Below are positions 40,081-53,323 of a stretch of 64,000 nucleotides of DNA, piece by piece. The position numbers and the translations under genes were made by a program. Position 1 is the stretch's first letter, and each line of letters begins with the position of its first letter. Location: contig OZ024742.1 in assembly GCA_964016885.1 (NCBI GenBank), forward strand, positions 293,446,001-293,510,000, in the 5' to 3' direction. Source of the DNA: Eledone cirrhosa. Taxonomy: Eukaryota. The notes under the pieces are model-generated. The model was given only the letters and a program-made list of their open reading frames with translations, was not told the origin of the DNA and ran no database searches.

Positions 40081-42371
40081 TATGTATATAAGATAAACTT
40101 CTCAAAAATGTATTAGTTTATTTTACCCTGCAGAAATATTTTTATACATATGAAGAATTTTGAGTGATTTTCTAAAATTATTTTAATATTAAGATAATAC
40201 AGTTACTATATGGTTCTTATATGAATTTCAACATAATATCATCATCATCACCACCATCGTTCAATGTCTATTTTCCATGCTAGCATGGGTTAGATGGGTT
40301 GTCCCATTTGAGGCAAGTCAGATCAGGTGACCATGTCTTGATTATACAGAATTGTTTCTGGCTTGGTTTCTATTGCTGGATGCCCTTCCTAAAGCCATTA
40401 TATGGTTCTTATATAAAATTATGTTAGACGATTTTAATTTAAAATTGGTGGTTTTGTTTCATAGAACCAGTACCAGTTTTGGCAGGGTTGGAATCAAAAG
40501 GGTTAACAATATATATATATTTCTTGTATAAGAAAGAATCTACATAATCTTTCATCATAGTAATATTGTCTTCTTTAACCCTCTGGTAACCAAACTGCCT
40601 GGAACCACAAAACTGTTTATTTTAAAGTTTTTATATTTATCTAAAACAATCATAATTTAAATAAGAACCTTTGTTAAGTTATGCTCCAGACACCAGCTTG
40701 ATAATGATAATGTTTAGAGCAATGTGTTTCATCAGAAATATGGCAATGAAACTGTTACCCCTCAATAGTAAATGTATAGTTTTATTATAAATACTGGTTT
40801 ACTCTATAAATAGAAATGCTTGATTGACTGAACAAAGTCAATAATGAGTTGCATCTCAATACATAGCTTTGTTTACTACATGAGTTCGAATCCCAGAGTT
40901 CCTTCTATTTATACTGTGTATATCCAATTTAGAATAAGTACACTGTATTCCTCCATGTTGTATGAGGTGACTAAAAGGGTTAGTATCAGGAAAGACATCC
41001 ATTAGTAAAACACTGCCCCAAATAATGAGCATAAAGCTTGTCATGAATTCCACAAGGCTAGCCCCTACATTTTTTTTTTTTTTAAATAGCCATTAAACGC
41101 TTATTATTGATGATGTGTGTATGCACATGTGTGCACACATGTGCATGTATGAACAACACACATAGCTAAAATCATCATAGCCCTCCATATGCAAGCCCAT
41201 AAAATCTCTGGTGATCTTTAATGGCTAACACGTGCTTAGCAGCTTTAGCAGCAAAAATGGTCTTAAAATGTTTGTGTACATTCAGCAATATATGGTGATA
41301 TAATATAGAACAAGCATTTTAAGGCCAATTTCCCTACTAAAGAAGGGATTAGCCTTCCAGGTCTTACGATAAACTTTATATTCATCATACTCTTTTTTGA
41401 AACAATGTTTTAGAGCTGGATGCCCTTTCTGCTGCCAACCCTTTTAGTCCCCTCTAGCAACATGCAAAGATACAGTGTATCTATTCTAAACCAGATACAC
41501 ACAGAAAATATGGTGGTTTATTATGATAGTGTTAAGAGTTCAATAACATGCTTCTTCCACAAGAAACGATCTAGAGAATCTTTCATGTTAATAGTATTGT
41601 TTTCTTTAAAATATTTTGCACTAACCCACTGCAGCAGAGAGTATAGTTTTCTCACTAACACAGGTTTATTCTGATAATAAAGATGCTTGATTGAATAAAA
41701 GTTTTCAATAACTTCGGAAATCTATCCATGATGACTGATTAGTTAAAAGAAAGCAGAAATTTCCTAAATTGTTTAGCAGCCTAACTTTATGTGCTTAGAA
41801 CCATAATTTAATATTGTGCTAATTTAATAAATATCTTTATTATGTAATCTTTGTTGCAAATACTATCAGACTATTCATATAACTTTAACAAGTGTTATCT
41901 AAGAGCACAACTTCCATTGAACATTGCTTTTGACTCAAGCTTTTCTCTTTGTTTTTTATCGTTGTTCTTTGTTCTTCCCCGCTCCCCCCACAGTTTAGAG
42001 AATGTGTGGAATTCGGATTTTATGTATTCTAAAGGTCCAAATGTTTTTACTTTCAGCAGAAATGATTCTTGTTGAGACTATCACCATTAACCCTTAATTA
42101 CTATATGCCTAATAAAAGACACTGCTTGATTTTGAAAGCTTTTGAAACATAATGAAAAAATAATCAATTTGGAGGGATTTAGTAATATAACTGACTTTTT
42201 CATTATTAAGCTGGTGTTTGTAGCATAATAGAGCATCTTAAATAAAATTACGATGGGTCGTTTTTAGATGAATATAAACACTTTAAAATAAACATTTTTG
42301 TATCATAGGACAAGAGATAGATTCATGTATATATATGCACACACACATATACATATATATATATATATATC

Positions 42372-43028
42372 ATTATCATCATCATCACCGTTTTACGTCC
42401 GTTCTTCCACAATAGCATGGATTAGATGGGTTGTCCTGTTGTGGGGGTCAGCTGACCTTGTCTTGCTCATACGGGAACTGATTCTGGCTTGATTTCTACA
42501 GCTGGATGCCCTTCCTAACACTAACCTCATTCACAGTGAGTTCTGGGTGCTTCTTTTCTGTGGCACCTACACGTCCACTTTACAGTGTGGGCTGGGTGCT
42601 TTTACGCTGTGGCACCTCCACAATCACTTTGCAGTGGGAGTGGGTGGGGGCATGTTGTCTATATGCTTCAGCTTTGGCTTGTACCCGTGGAAAGTCGGGT
42701 CTTCTGTATTACTGCGTGACGCCAGAGGTCACGGTCGTGTGTCATCGCCTTTGAGAGGTGCAATTGGGTAAAGTTGGCTTTTATCACCTCATCCCAGGTC
42801 TTCTTGGGTCTCGCCACTCCGCAGCCTCCATCAACTTCTAGTGCTCTGCACCTTTTTATGCAGCTGTCATCCTTCAGACGTATCACATGTCCATACCAAC
42901 GCAACCTCCTCTCCTGCACACAGCATAAGATTACCCTTATGCTCAGTCTCTCTCTCAATTCATTTATGCTTTGCCGTTCGCGTATATTACTGTTACACAT
43001 CCATTGGAGCATGCAAGCTTCGTTTCTT
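42372..43028 (-). mobile_element. RTE subfamily B 3' fragment
   Basis: [12 protein letters not shown]…WYGHV…KKTWDEVI plus 3'UTR; TA repeats at both ends. Confidence 0.9.
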
Positions 43029-43333
43029 TCTATATATATATATATTACTCTTTTACCTGTTTCAGCCATCCGGCTGAGGCCATGCTGGGGCACCGCATAT
43101 ATATATATATTTTTTTTTTCATGGTTTTTTATATAAAATCGTGTGTTGAAACTAATATTGTTATATTTGGGGAGGGTCATATTGTTATAATATTGCCAGA
43201 AATAATAATAAAACACACTCACTGTTCGGTTTGGATCGGTTTTCACTTCTGTATCTTTATATCTCCATAGGTAATTTATCTGGCAATCAATGTTTCTTAC
43301 TGATTGACCAACGGTTAAAAATACAGATATATA

Positions 43334-43669
43334 TCATCATTTCATTTTACATCCGCTTTTTTCCCTGCTTGCAAGGGTGGGAGGGGAACTGATTCTAGCT
43401 TGATTTCTACAGCTGGATGCCCTTCCTAACACCAACCTCATTTACAGTGAGTGCTGGGTGCTTTTTTGCGGTGGCACCTCCACGACCACTTTGCAGTGGA
43501 ATGATAGGGACCCCAGTCCCTATCATCTCATTTCTACAGCTGAGTAAACTGGAGCAATGTGAAATAAAGTGTCTTGCTCAAGGAAACGACACATCACCCG
43601 GTCTGAGAATTGAACTCACAACCTTTTGATTGCAAGCCCAATGCTCTAACCACTAAGTCATATGCCTCC
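43334..43669 (-). mobile_element. SINE family 2, full copy
   Basis: Near-identical to 11308-11651. Confidence 0.82.
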
Positions 43670-44013
43670 ATAAATACATATATATATATATACATATATA
43701 TACATACATATATATATATATATATACACATACATATATATACATACATATACATACATATATATATATACATACATATATATATATATATACACATACA
43801 TATATATACATACATATACATACATATATATATACATACATACATATATATACATACATACATATACATACATATATATATACATACATATATATATATA
43901 CATATATATATATACATATATATACATATATATATACATATATATACATATATATATATACATACATACATACATATATATATACATACATATATATATG
44001 CATACATACATAT

Positions 44014-44046
<33 letters not shown>

Positions 44047-44106
44047 CATATATATATACATACATATATATATATATATATATACATATATATATACATA
44101 CATATA

Positions 44107-44648
44107 TCATCATTATCATCATCATCGTTTAACGTCCGTGTTCCATGCTTGCATGGGTTTGGACGGGAGTTTTCCCACTTGAGGCAAGAGTGGTTGTCTT
44201 GCTCGCATAGGACTGTCTGGCGGGTTTTCTACAGTTGGATGCCCTTCCTAACACCAACCACATTTACAGTGTGGGGCTGGGAGGTTTTTACCGTGTTGCC
44301 TACACGGCCACATTACAGCGTGGACTGTCTGGCAGGTTTTCTACAGCTGGATGCCCTTCCTAACACCAACCACATTTACAGTGTGGGACTGGGACGTTTT
44401 TACCGTGTTGCCTACACGGTCACATTACAGCGTGGACTGTGTGTTTTTTTTTCGTGACACCTACACGATCTCATTTGTTTCGGCCTGGATTTTGTGGCAC
44501 CAACATAACTTTACATTGCAAGGGGCGGTGTGGATGGGTGGGGGTGGTGGGACAGGGGTGTATTATGTTAGAGATGCCTACTGACTGTAGTAGGTTTTAC
44601 TTTGTATTTAGGTAAGGCGGGTCTTCTCTGTTACTGAGTACCGCCAAA
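44107..44648 (-). mobile_element. RTE subfamily A 3' fragment with an internal 112-bp duplication
   Basis: Matches 47366-47790; GGACTGT recurs at 44210, 44322 and 44434. Confidence 0.88.
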
Positions 44649-44652
44649 TATA

Positions 44653-44686
<34 letters not shown>

Positions 44687-44818
44687 CATAATGTAGGAGG
44701 CGAGTTTTATTGTAGTACAATAAAGCAATGCAGATATCGGATAAGAAGCACTCTACAGTTTGTGGGACTGGAGTATGCATAATATAAGATCAAAAGATGG
44801 TTAAAGGAGTTCAATATA

Positions 44819-44885
44819 TTTTATTATGCGCATTTCAAAAACAAACATCATCAAACAATAATATTTGTGTTTTCATCAGATAAAA
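44819..44885 (-). ncRNA. type I hammerhead, minimal palindromic stem III
   Basis: Reverse complement of 47239-47305. Confidence 0.8.
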
Positions 44886-46279
44886 CAGGAGAACATGATA
44901 TGAAGGCTAAAAAAACACTTGTTGATAGTGCAGTTTTAAATCAACATATGAAAAGTGGTTTTAGATTGATGTGTGATATTGGGAAAAATATTTTATTTAG
45001 AGAGGGGGGGGGAGAAAAGGATGAAAAGGGAAGGAGATGAGAGGGAGAGATGGGTGATAGAGAGAAAGAGATAGTTTTTATAACTGAGAGGAGATATATT
45101 TTATATAGAGGGGTTGAAAACCGTTGGAAGATACTGTATAAATTAAAAATTTTGAAAATTAACGAAGGGAGGATATGTGCGAGGAAAAAATATATTATAT
45201 TTAGGGAGGGGGGGGGGGGGGTGGAAAGGATGAAAAAAAGGGGAGGAGATGAGAGTGAAGGTGGAAAGGGAGAGATGGGTGATAGAGAGAAAGAGATAGT
45301 TTTTATAACTGAGAAAAAGATATAATGTTTTAATATAGAGAGGTTGGGAACCGTTGGAAGATAATGTATAAATTAAAGGAATTTGAAAATTAACGAAGGG
45401 AAATTATGTATGAAGATAGAGAGAAAAAAATAATAATTGTGGGTGAATATTCTAACGTCAAAAGAAGAAATGTAGGAATTTCAAAATTAGCAAAGAGAAA
45501 AAAAGTTTATGTGTAGAAGGATTTGAGAAAAATAATGTGAAGTTAAAGTTTGTATATTGAATTCATATGTATTAATAATGAGTTCGTTGATGGGGAGAAA
45601 AAAATAATAATAAATTAAGGATGAAATTGAGATTAAAAAGATTTATGATAGAGAGAAAAAATAATAATGATTGCGGATGAATACTCAAAATGTCAAAAAC
45701 AAATGTTATTGTTTTACGAGAAGATAGAATGAGGGTAATGAGTAAACGAGTATTATAGAGTGTATAATAAATAGACGCTCAGATTTGTTTTCTATCTGCC
45801 TGCATAAATTCCATAGAACTTTTCACAAAGTATACAGTTAATATTCAATTCTTTATCAATTTAGAATCTTTTCTCAAAGGCACATATACATACACCTCTT
45901 TAAAATATACCCATCTACCTTACTTTAAAGGGCATTATACACTCTATAATACTCGTTTACTCATTACCCTCATTCTATCTTCTCGTAAAACAATAACATT
46001 TGTTTTTGACATTTTGAATATTCATCCGCAATCATTATTATTTTTTCTCTCTATCATAAATCTTTTTAATCTCAATTTCATCCTTAATTTATTATTATAT
46101 TTTTTTTAATATATACTCATATATTCTTTAAAATATACCCATCTACCTTACTTTAAAGGGCATTATACACTCTATAATACTCGTTTACTCATTACCCTCA
46201 TTCTATCTTCTCGTAAAACAATAACATTTGTTTTTGACATTTTGAGTATTCATCCGCAATCATTATTATTTTTTCTCTC

Positions 46280-46460
46280 GGTGGATTGGCAGTATCGGTA
46301 GAGGGTCAGACACCATGCTTTCCAGCATAGTTACGTCCCTTTACGATCTGAGTTCAAATCCCGCCGAGGTTGACTTTGCCTTTCATCCTTACGGGGTCGA
46401 TAAAATAAAGTACCAGTAATGCACTGGGTAATTGCTGGCCTTGTGCCTAAAGTAGAAACA
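46280..46460 (+). mobile_element. SINE family 1, full length, with 18-bp TSD
   Basis: ATTATTATTTTTTCTCTC at 46262-46279 and 46461-46478. Confidence 0.92.
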
Positions 46461-47238
46461 ATTATTATTTTTTCTCTCTATCATAAATCTTTTTAATCTC
46501 AATTTCATCCTTAATTTATTATTATTTTTTTCTCCCCATCAACGAACTCATTATTAATACATATGAATTCAATATACAAACTTTAACTTCACATTATTTT
46601 TCTCAAATCCTTCTACACATAAACTTTTTTTCTCTTTGCTAATTTTGAAATTCCTACATTTCTTCTTTTGACGTTAGAATATTCACCCACAATTATTATT
46701 TTTTTCTCTCTATCTTCATACATAATTTCCCTTCGTTAATTTTCAAATTCCTTTAATTTATACATTATCTTCCAACGGTTCCCAACCTCTCTATATTAAA
46801 ACATTATATCTTTTACTCAGTTATAAAAACTATCTCTTTCTCTCTATCACCCATCTCTCCCTTTCCACCTTCACTCTCATCTCCTCCCCTTTTTTTCATC
46901 CTTTCCACCCCCCCCTCCCTAAATATAATATATTTTTTCCTCGCACATATCCTCCCTTCGTTAATTTTCAAAATTTTTAATTTATACAGTATCTTCCAAC
47001 GGTTTTCAACCCCTCTATATAAAATATATCTCCTCTCAGTTATAAAAACTATCTCTTTCTCTCAATCACCCATCTCTCCCTCTCATCTCCTTCCCTTTTC
47101 ATCCTTTTCTACCCCCCCCTCTCTAAATAAAATATTTTTCCCAATATCACACATCAATCTAAAACCACTTTTCATATGTTGATTTAAAACTGCACTATCA
47201 ACAAGTGTTTTTTTTAGCCTTCATATCATGTTCTCCTG

Positions 47239-47305
47239 TTTTATCTGATGAAAACACAAATATTATTGTTTGATGATGTTTGTTTTTGAAATGCGCATAA
47301 TAAAA
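47239..47305 (+). ncRNA. type I hammerhead, minimal palindromic stem III
   Basis: ttttat-CTGATGA-aaacacaaat…atgtttgttttt-GAAA-tgcgca-TA-ataaaa. Confidence 0.8.
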
Positions 47306-47365
47306 TATATTGAACTCCTTTAACCATCTTTTGATCTTATATTATATATATACATATATATATAC

Positions 47366-50300
47366 ATCATCATCATCAATGTTTAACGTCCGTGTTCCAC
47401 GCTTGCATGGGTTTGGACGGGGGTTTTCCCACTTGAGGCAAGAGTGATTGTCTTGCACGCATAGGACTGTCTGGCAGGTTTTCTACAGTTGGATGCCCTT
47501 TCTAACACCAACCACATTTACAGTGTGGGTCTGGGAGGTTTTTACCGTGTTGCCTACACGGCCACATTACAGCGTGGACTGTGTGTTTTTTTGTTGTGAC
47601 ACCTACACGATCTCATTTGTTTCGGCCTGGATGGTGTGGCACCAACATAACTTTAGATAGAAGGGGGCGGTGTGGATGAGGTGGGGGTGGTAGGACGGGG
47701 GTGTATTTTGTTAGAGATGCCTACTGACTGTAGTAGGTTTTACTTTGTATTTAGGTAAGGCGGGTCTTCTCTATTACTGAGTACCGCCAAAGGTCTCGGT
47801 CCAGTGACATTGTCTTGGTGAGGTGTAAGTGTGTGAGGTCGGAGTTTATCAGCTCATCCCAGGTTTTTCTGGGTCTGCCTATTCCGTGGCTACCGTCTAT
47901 CTTTATTGCCCTGCACTTTGTTATACAGCTATCGTCCTTCATGCGCATCACGTGACCATACCAACGTAGCCTTCTCTCTAGTAAACAACATCTGATCTCT
48001 CTTATTTCTAATTTTTTCCTTAGTTCGTTTATGCTTTGTCGTTCACGTATATTACTATTACACATCCAGCGGAGCATGCAAGCTTCATTTCTCTCTAGTC
48101 TGTGTATATCCTCTGCACACAATGCCCAGGTCTCACTGCCATGCAACATTGCTCTTCGTATGCAGGCATCATACAGCCTGCCTTTCATTTTTAGGGAGAA
48201 CCCTTTAGCGGCTAATAGTGGTATAAGCTCTCTGAACTTTTTCCACCCAGTTCTGACTCTAGCTACTGTACTTTCAGAGCACCCTCCCCCACTGCTGATT
48301 TTGTCACCCAGGTAACGGAAGCTGTCCACTATTTCTATAGAACCCTCTGCACAGTTGAAAGAGCTAGTATTTTGTGGGCACTTGCTGCTACTTATTGCCC
48401 CAGAACACCGGCCACATGTAAAATCTATGTTCTTAGTTAGCTTACCTGTGATCCCACTACATCTTTTATGCACCCAAACTTTGCATTTGGGACACAAAAT
48501 GGAATTTCTACCTACGCCTTTCCTACACTCTGCGCATGGCCACTTCCCGGAGGGGACCGCCGCCTTATTTTCTTTCTTACAAACTAGAACTTTAGTCTTA
48601 GCCAGGTTAATTTTAAGGCCTTTTGATTCTAGGCCGTGCTTCCATGTTTGGAATTTCTTCTCTAGCTCGGCCATTGATTCAGCTATGAGCGTTAGATCAT
48701 CTGCGTATAGGAGTTCCCATGGGCAGCCGGTCCTGAACTCCACTGTTATAGCCTGGAGGGCAATAATAAATAGTAGGGGGCTAAGAACAGAGCCCTGATG
48801 AACACCAACTTTTACACTAAACTCTTCACTATATTCGTTGTTAATTCTAACCTTGCTGACTGTTTCTTTATACATGGCTTGTATAGCTCTCACAAGCCAT
48901 TCATCAACACCTAGTTTTCTAAGAGCCCACCAGATAATGGAATGGGGGACTCTGTCGAAGGCCTTCTCCAAGTCGACGAAAGCTAAGTATAGGGGTTTAC
49001 TTTTAGCTAGGTACTTCTCCTGTAGTTGTCGTACAATGAAAAGAGCGTCTGTGGTACTTTTTCCTGACACAAACCCGAACTGCATTTCATCTAGATCAAT
49101 TCGCTCTCTGATTAGTTGCGCTATTACTTTTTCCGTGAGCTTCATGACCTGGTCGATTAATTTAATGCCTCTATAGTTACTCCTATCTAGGGCATCTCCT
49201 TTACCCTTATAACAGTTAACGATAATGCTGCTATGCCAGTCCTTCGGAACAACCCCATTCTGTATGACTTGGTTGACTATCCGGGTGACCATGGTGTGTC
49301 CCACCGTACCAGATGCCTTCAGCATCTCGGCAACTATTTCCGAAGGCCCAGCCGCCTTGCCTGTCTTCATATCTTTGATTGCCTTACTTATTATACTACC
49401 CTCGACTAACACTGCTGGTCCCTCTATTGGGTCGATGTGGGGGAGACTGTCTTTCTCCCATTTATTCTCCTCATTTAGTAGCCTTTCATAGTGACACTTC
49501 CAAGCTACCTTCTTATCGGCGTCGGTGATGGCAAGTACGCCGTCATCGTTAAGTACACACTTCTCCCCGACAATATCACTGTTTTCCTTGACACATTGCC
49601 TAGCAATCCTGAACACCTCATGTTTTTGGTCCTCGCGTTGTAGAACATGCTTGAACTTTCTTTCCTCTGCTTCCCTTCTTGCGAAGTACACTTGTCTCCT
49701 AGCTTCCCTCCTGGCCACTTGATAGTCTTCTCTGCTACCCGCATCCCGCCATACTTTCCAAGCCTGCTTTTTGGCCTTAATTGACCCCTGCACCTTACTG
49801 TTCCACCACCATGTTACTCTCCTCCTGCCTACAGGCTTGCTCCAGCCACAGACTTCGTCTGCCGCCGTCAGCAGGTTTGCTTTCAGGAATTCCCACTGTT
49901 CCTCTACCTTGTACGTCTCTAATTGCTCTTACTCACTGTCGAAAGCATCAAGTAATATGCTTTGGAATATATTTTTGGCTGTGGGGTCCTTTAGCTTCCA
50001 TATTTTTCTCCTGAGGATAGTCCTCTTCTGTTGTCTAGTACGTCTCGTCCTGACTATTAGGTCGCTAATTATCAGTCTATGTTGGGAAGTGCATTCTTCA
50101 TGGGGGAGGGATTTAGTGTTTACGACAGTCACTTTGTCACGTCTTCTGGTAAGGATATAATCTACCTGGCTAGTATGTTCCCCTGATCTGTAGGTGATCA
50201 AGTGATTGTCTCGTTTTTTGAAGTTAGTGTTGCAGATAGTTAGGTTATTTGCGTCACAGAATTCCAGGATTCTGGAGCCTTCCTCATTTCTAGTACCAAA

Positions 50301-50720
50301 CCCATAGCCTCCATGGATTTCGTCGTAGCCGTCACAATGTTGTCCAACGTGACCGTTTAGGTCGCCTGCAATAATTATATAGTCACTGTCCGTTATTTGG
50401 GAGGTAGTGAGCATCAGTGTCTCATAGAATCTGTCTTTTATAGTGCTGGGCAGTCCGGATTGGGGTGCGTACGCGGATATTACTGTCACCGTAGTTCTAT
50501 TGAGGACAAGTCTTATTTTAATTATTCTGTCGTTCACTCTATTTACGTCTATTATCTTATCTGCCCACTTTTCTGCTACCATGATTCCTACTCCACCCAG
50601 CCCATCGTCGTTTCCCACACAGAAAAGCTTATAGCATTGTTTTCTACCCACAATGTATCTAGCAGATCCACCCCTCCACCTGGTCTCTTGAATACAACAA
50701 ACATCGACCTCCTTACGTTC
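47366..50720 (-). mobile_element. RTE subfamily A LINE, nearly full APE-RT ORF with one premature stop (49929-49931), 5'-truncated
   Basis: APE motifs CIQETRW, SAYAP, GDLNGH, SQVDYIL, SQHRL are in the same frame as RT ORF 49793-47751 (intervening 45 codons checked open); (GAT)n tail. Confidence 0.95.
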
Positions 50721-50731
50721 AATATATGTAT

Positions 50732-50780
<49 letters not shown>

Positions 50781-50812
50781 AATGTATATATATATATATG
50801 TATATATATATG

Positions 50813-50881
<69 letters not shown>

Positions 50882-50887
50882 GTATAT

Positions 50888-53244
50888 AAGGTAGATGAAG
50901 CAGTCAAGGCCAAGAGACAGGCATGGAAAGAATGGAAGAACGGGGGGAGCAGGGTACATTACATAGAGACCAAGAGGGAAGCTAGGCGACAAGTATACTT
51001 AGCTAGGAGGGAAGCAGAGGATAGAAAATTCAAGCATGTTTTACAACGTGAGGACCAGAAACAGGAGGTATTCAAGATTGCGAGGCAGTGTGTCAGAGAT
51101 AGTTGTGATGTCATTGGAGAGAAGTGTATCCGGAATGATAAGGGTGAGCTTGCCCTCACAAGTGCTGAGAAGAAAGATGCATGGAAGAGTCATTATGATA
51201 GATTACTAAATGAGGAGAATGCATGGGAAGAAGAGACCCTACCCCACGTAGACCCTATAGAGGGACCAGCAGTACAAGTCAGCGGCAGCGTAGTAAGTAA
51301 GGCAATCAGAGATATGAAGATAGGGAAGGCAACCGGTCCATCGGGTATAGCTGCCGAGATGCTGAAGGCATCTGGGTCTGTAGGTCACACTATAACCACA
51401 CGTATCGTTAACCAGGTAATACTAGAGGGGGCCATACCAAAAGATTGGTGCAGTAGCATCATTGTCAACTGCTACAAAGGTAAAGGCGATGCACTAGATA
51501 GAGGAAACTATAGAGGTATAAAGTTGATGGACCAGGTCATGAAAGTAACAGAAAGAGTTATAGCACAGCTGATTAGGGACCGGGTGAATATAGACGAGAT
51601 GCAATTTGGGTTTGTACCAGGGAAAGGCACCACTGATGCGCTCTTCCTTGTGAGGCAATTACAGGAAAAGTACCTAGCTAAAAGTAAGCCACTCTACTTG
51701 GCATTTGTCGACCTTGAGAAAGCCTTTGACAGAGTTCCACGTGCAGTAATCTGGTGGGCTCTTAGAAAACTAGGAGTAGATGAATGGCTTGTGAAAGCGG
51801 TACAAGCCATGTATAGGGGAGCAGTCAGCAAAGTTAGGATTGGCAATGAGTATAGCGAGGAATTTAGCGTACAGGTTGGGGTCCACCAGGGCTCTGTTCT
51901 TAGCCCTCTCCTGTTCATCATAGTCCTGCAGGCAATAACGGAGGAGTTTAAGACCGGATGCCCATGGGAACTCCTGTATGCTGATGACCTCGCACTCATA
52001 GCTGAATCTATGGTAGAACTAGAGAATAAATTCCAAACCTGGAAGCAGGGACTAGAGAGAAAGGGCCTCAAAGTCAACATGACAAAGACTAAGGTCCTTA
52101 TAAGTAGACGAGAAAACAGAACCCAGATCCCCTCAGGGAAATGGCCTTGCTCAGTATGTAGGAAAGGTGTAGGTAGGAACTCCATTCTTTGCCCCAAATG
52201 CAAACAATGGGTACACAAGAGATGTAGCGGGATCTCAGGAAGCTTAATTAAGAATGTAGGATTCACATGCAGCAGCTGTGCTGAAACAGCAAGCAAACAG
52301 CCACAGGAAACAAGTACCACCAATCTCTGGGAGGGCCCTGTAGAAACAGTAGACAGCTTCTGCTACCTAGGTGACCGAATTAGCAACGGAGGTGGGTGCT
52401 CAGAAAGTACAATAACTAGGGTAAGAACGGGATGGAAGAAGTTTAGGGAACTACTACCACTGCTAGCTGCAAAAGGCTTCTCCCTCAGAATGAAAGGCAG
52501 ACTGTATGATGCGTGTATCCGAACAGCGATGTTGCATGGTAGTGAGACCTGGGCGCTGAAGGTGGAAGACTTACGTAGATTAGAGAGAAACGAAGCCTGC
52601 ATGCTCCGATGGATGTGTAACAGTAATATACGTGAACGACAAAGCATAAATGAATTGAGAGAGAGACTGAGCATAAGAGGAATCAAATGCTGCGTGCAGG
52701 AGAGGCGGTTACGCTGGTATGGACATGTGATGCGTATGAAGGATGACAGCTGCATAAAAAGGTGCAGAGCACTAGAAGTTGATGGAAACCGCGGAGTGGG
52801 GAGACCCAAGATGACTTGGGATGAGGTGATAAAAGCCGACCTTACCCAACTACACCTCTCAAAGTCAATGACACACGACCGTGACTTCTGGCGTCACGCA
52901 GTAATACAGGGTACCCGACCTCCCATGGGTACATGCTGAAGCATATAAACAATATGCCCCCCCCCCCCACCGCAAGGTGGTCGTGGAGGTGCCACGGCAA
53001 AAAAGCACCCAGCCCACACTGTAAAGTGGACGTGTAGGCGCCACGAAAAAGCACCCAGCACTCACTGTAAATGAGGTTGGTGTTAGGAAGGGCATCCAGC
53101 TGTAGAAATCAAGCCAGATCAGTTCCTGTATGAGCAAGGCATGGTCAGCCGACCAGACACTGCCCACAACAGGACAACCCGTCTAACCCATGCTAGCGTG
53201 GAAGAACGGACATAAAACGGTGATGATGATGATGATGATGATGA
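50888..53244 (+). mobile_element. RTE subfamily B LINE, 5'-truncated, RT ORF open to 52939
   Basis: All RT motifs present. The N-terminal Y/I/M run of the listed ORF is microsatellite. (GAT)n tail. Confidence 0.95.
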
Positions 53245-53256
53245 TATATATATATG

Positions 53257-53287
<31 letters not shown>

Positions 53288-53323
53288 GTTTATATATATA
53301 TATGTATATATATATGTATATAT

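Larger units (their letters stand above)
44691..47345. mobile_element. Penelope-like element, 2.6-kb fold-back (family H3) retaining the last ~23 codons of the GIY-YIG ORF
   Basis: ~1-kb inverted arms; 45770-45841 encodes NRRSDLFSICLHKFHRTFHKVYS*, matching the end of ORF 58596-59627; hammerheads; ~95-nt one-sided tail. Confidence 0.88.

Noticed and set aside
40945-41000. gttgtatgaggtgactaaaaggg motif resembling an HDV P4-J4/2 (also ~22920)
   Set aside because: Too decayed; P1, P2 and P3 could not be assigned.
47957-52809. Antisense ORFs overlapping the RTE RT regions
   Set aside because: Shadow frames of the LINE coding sequence.
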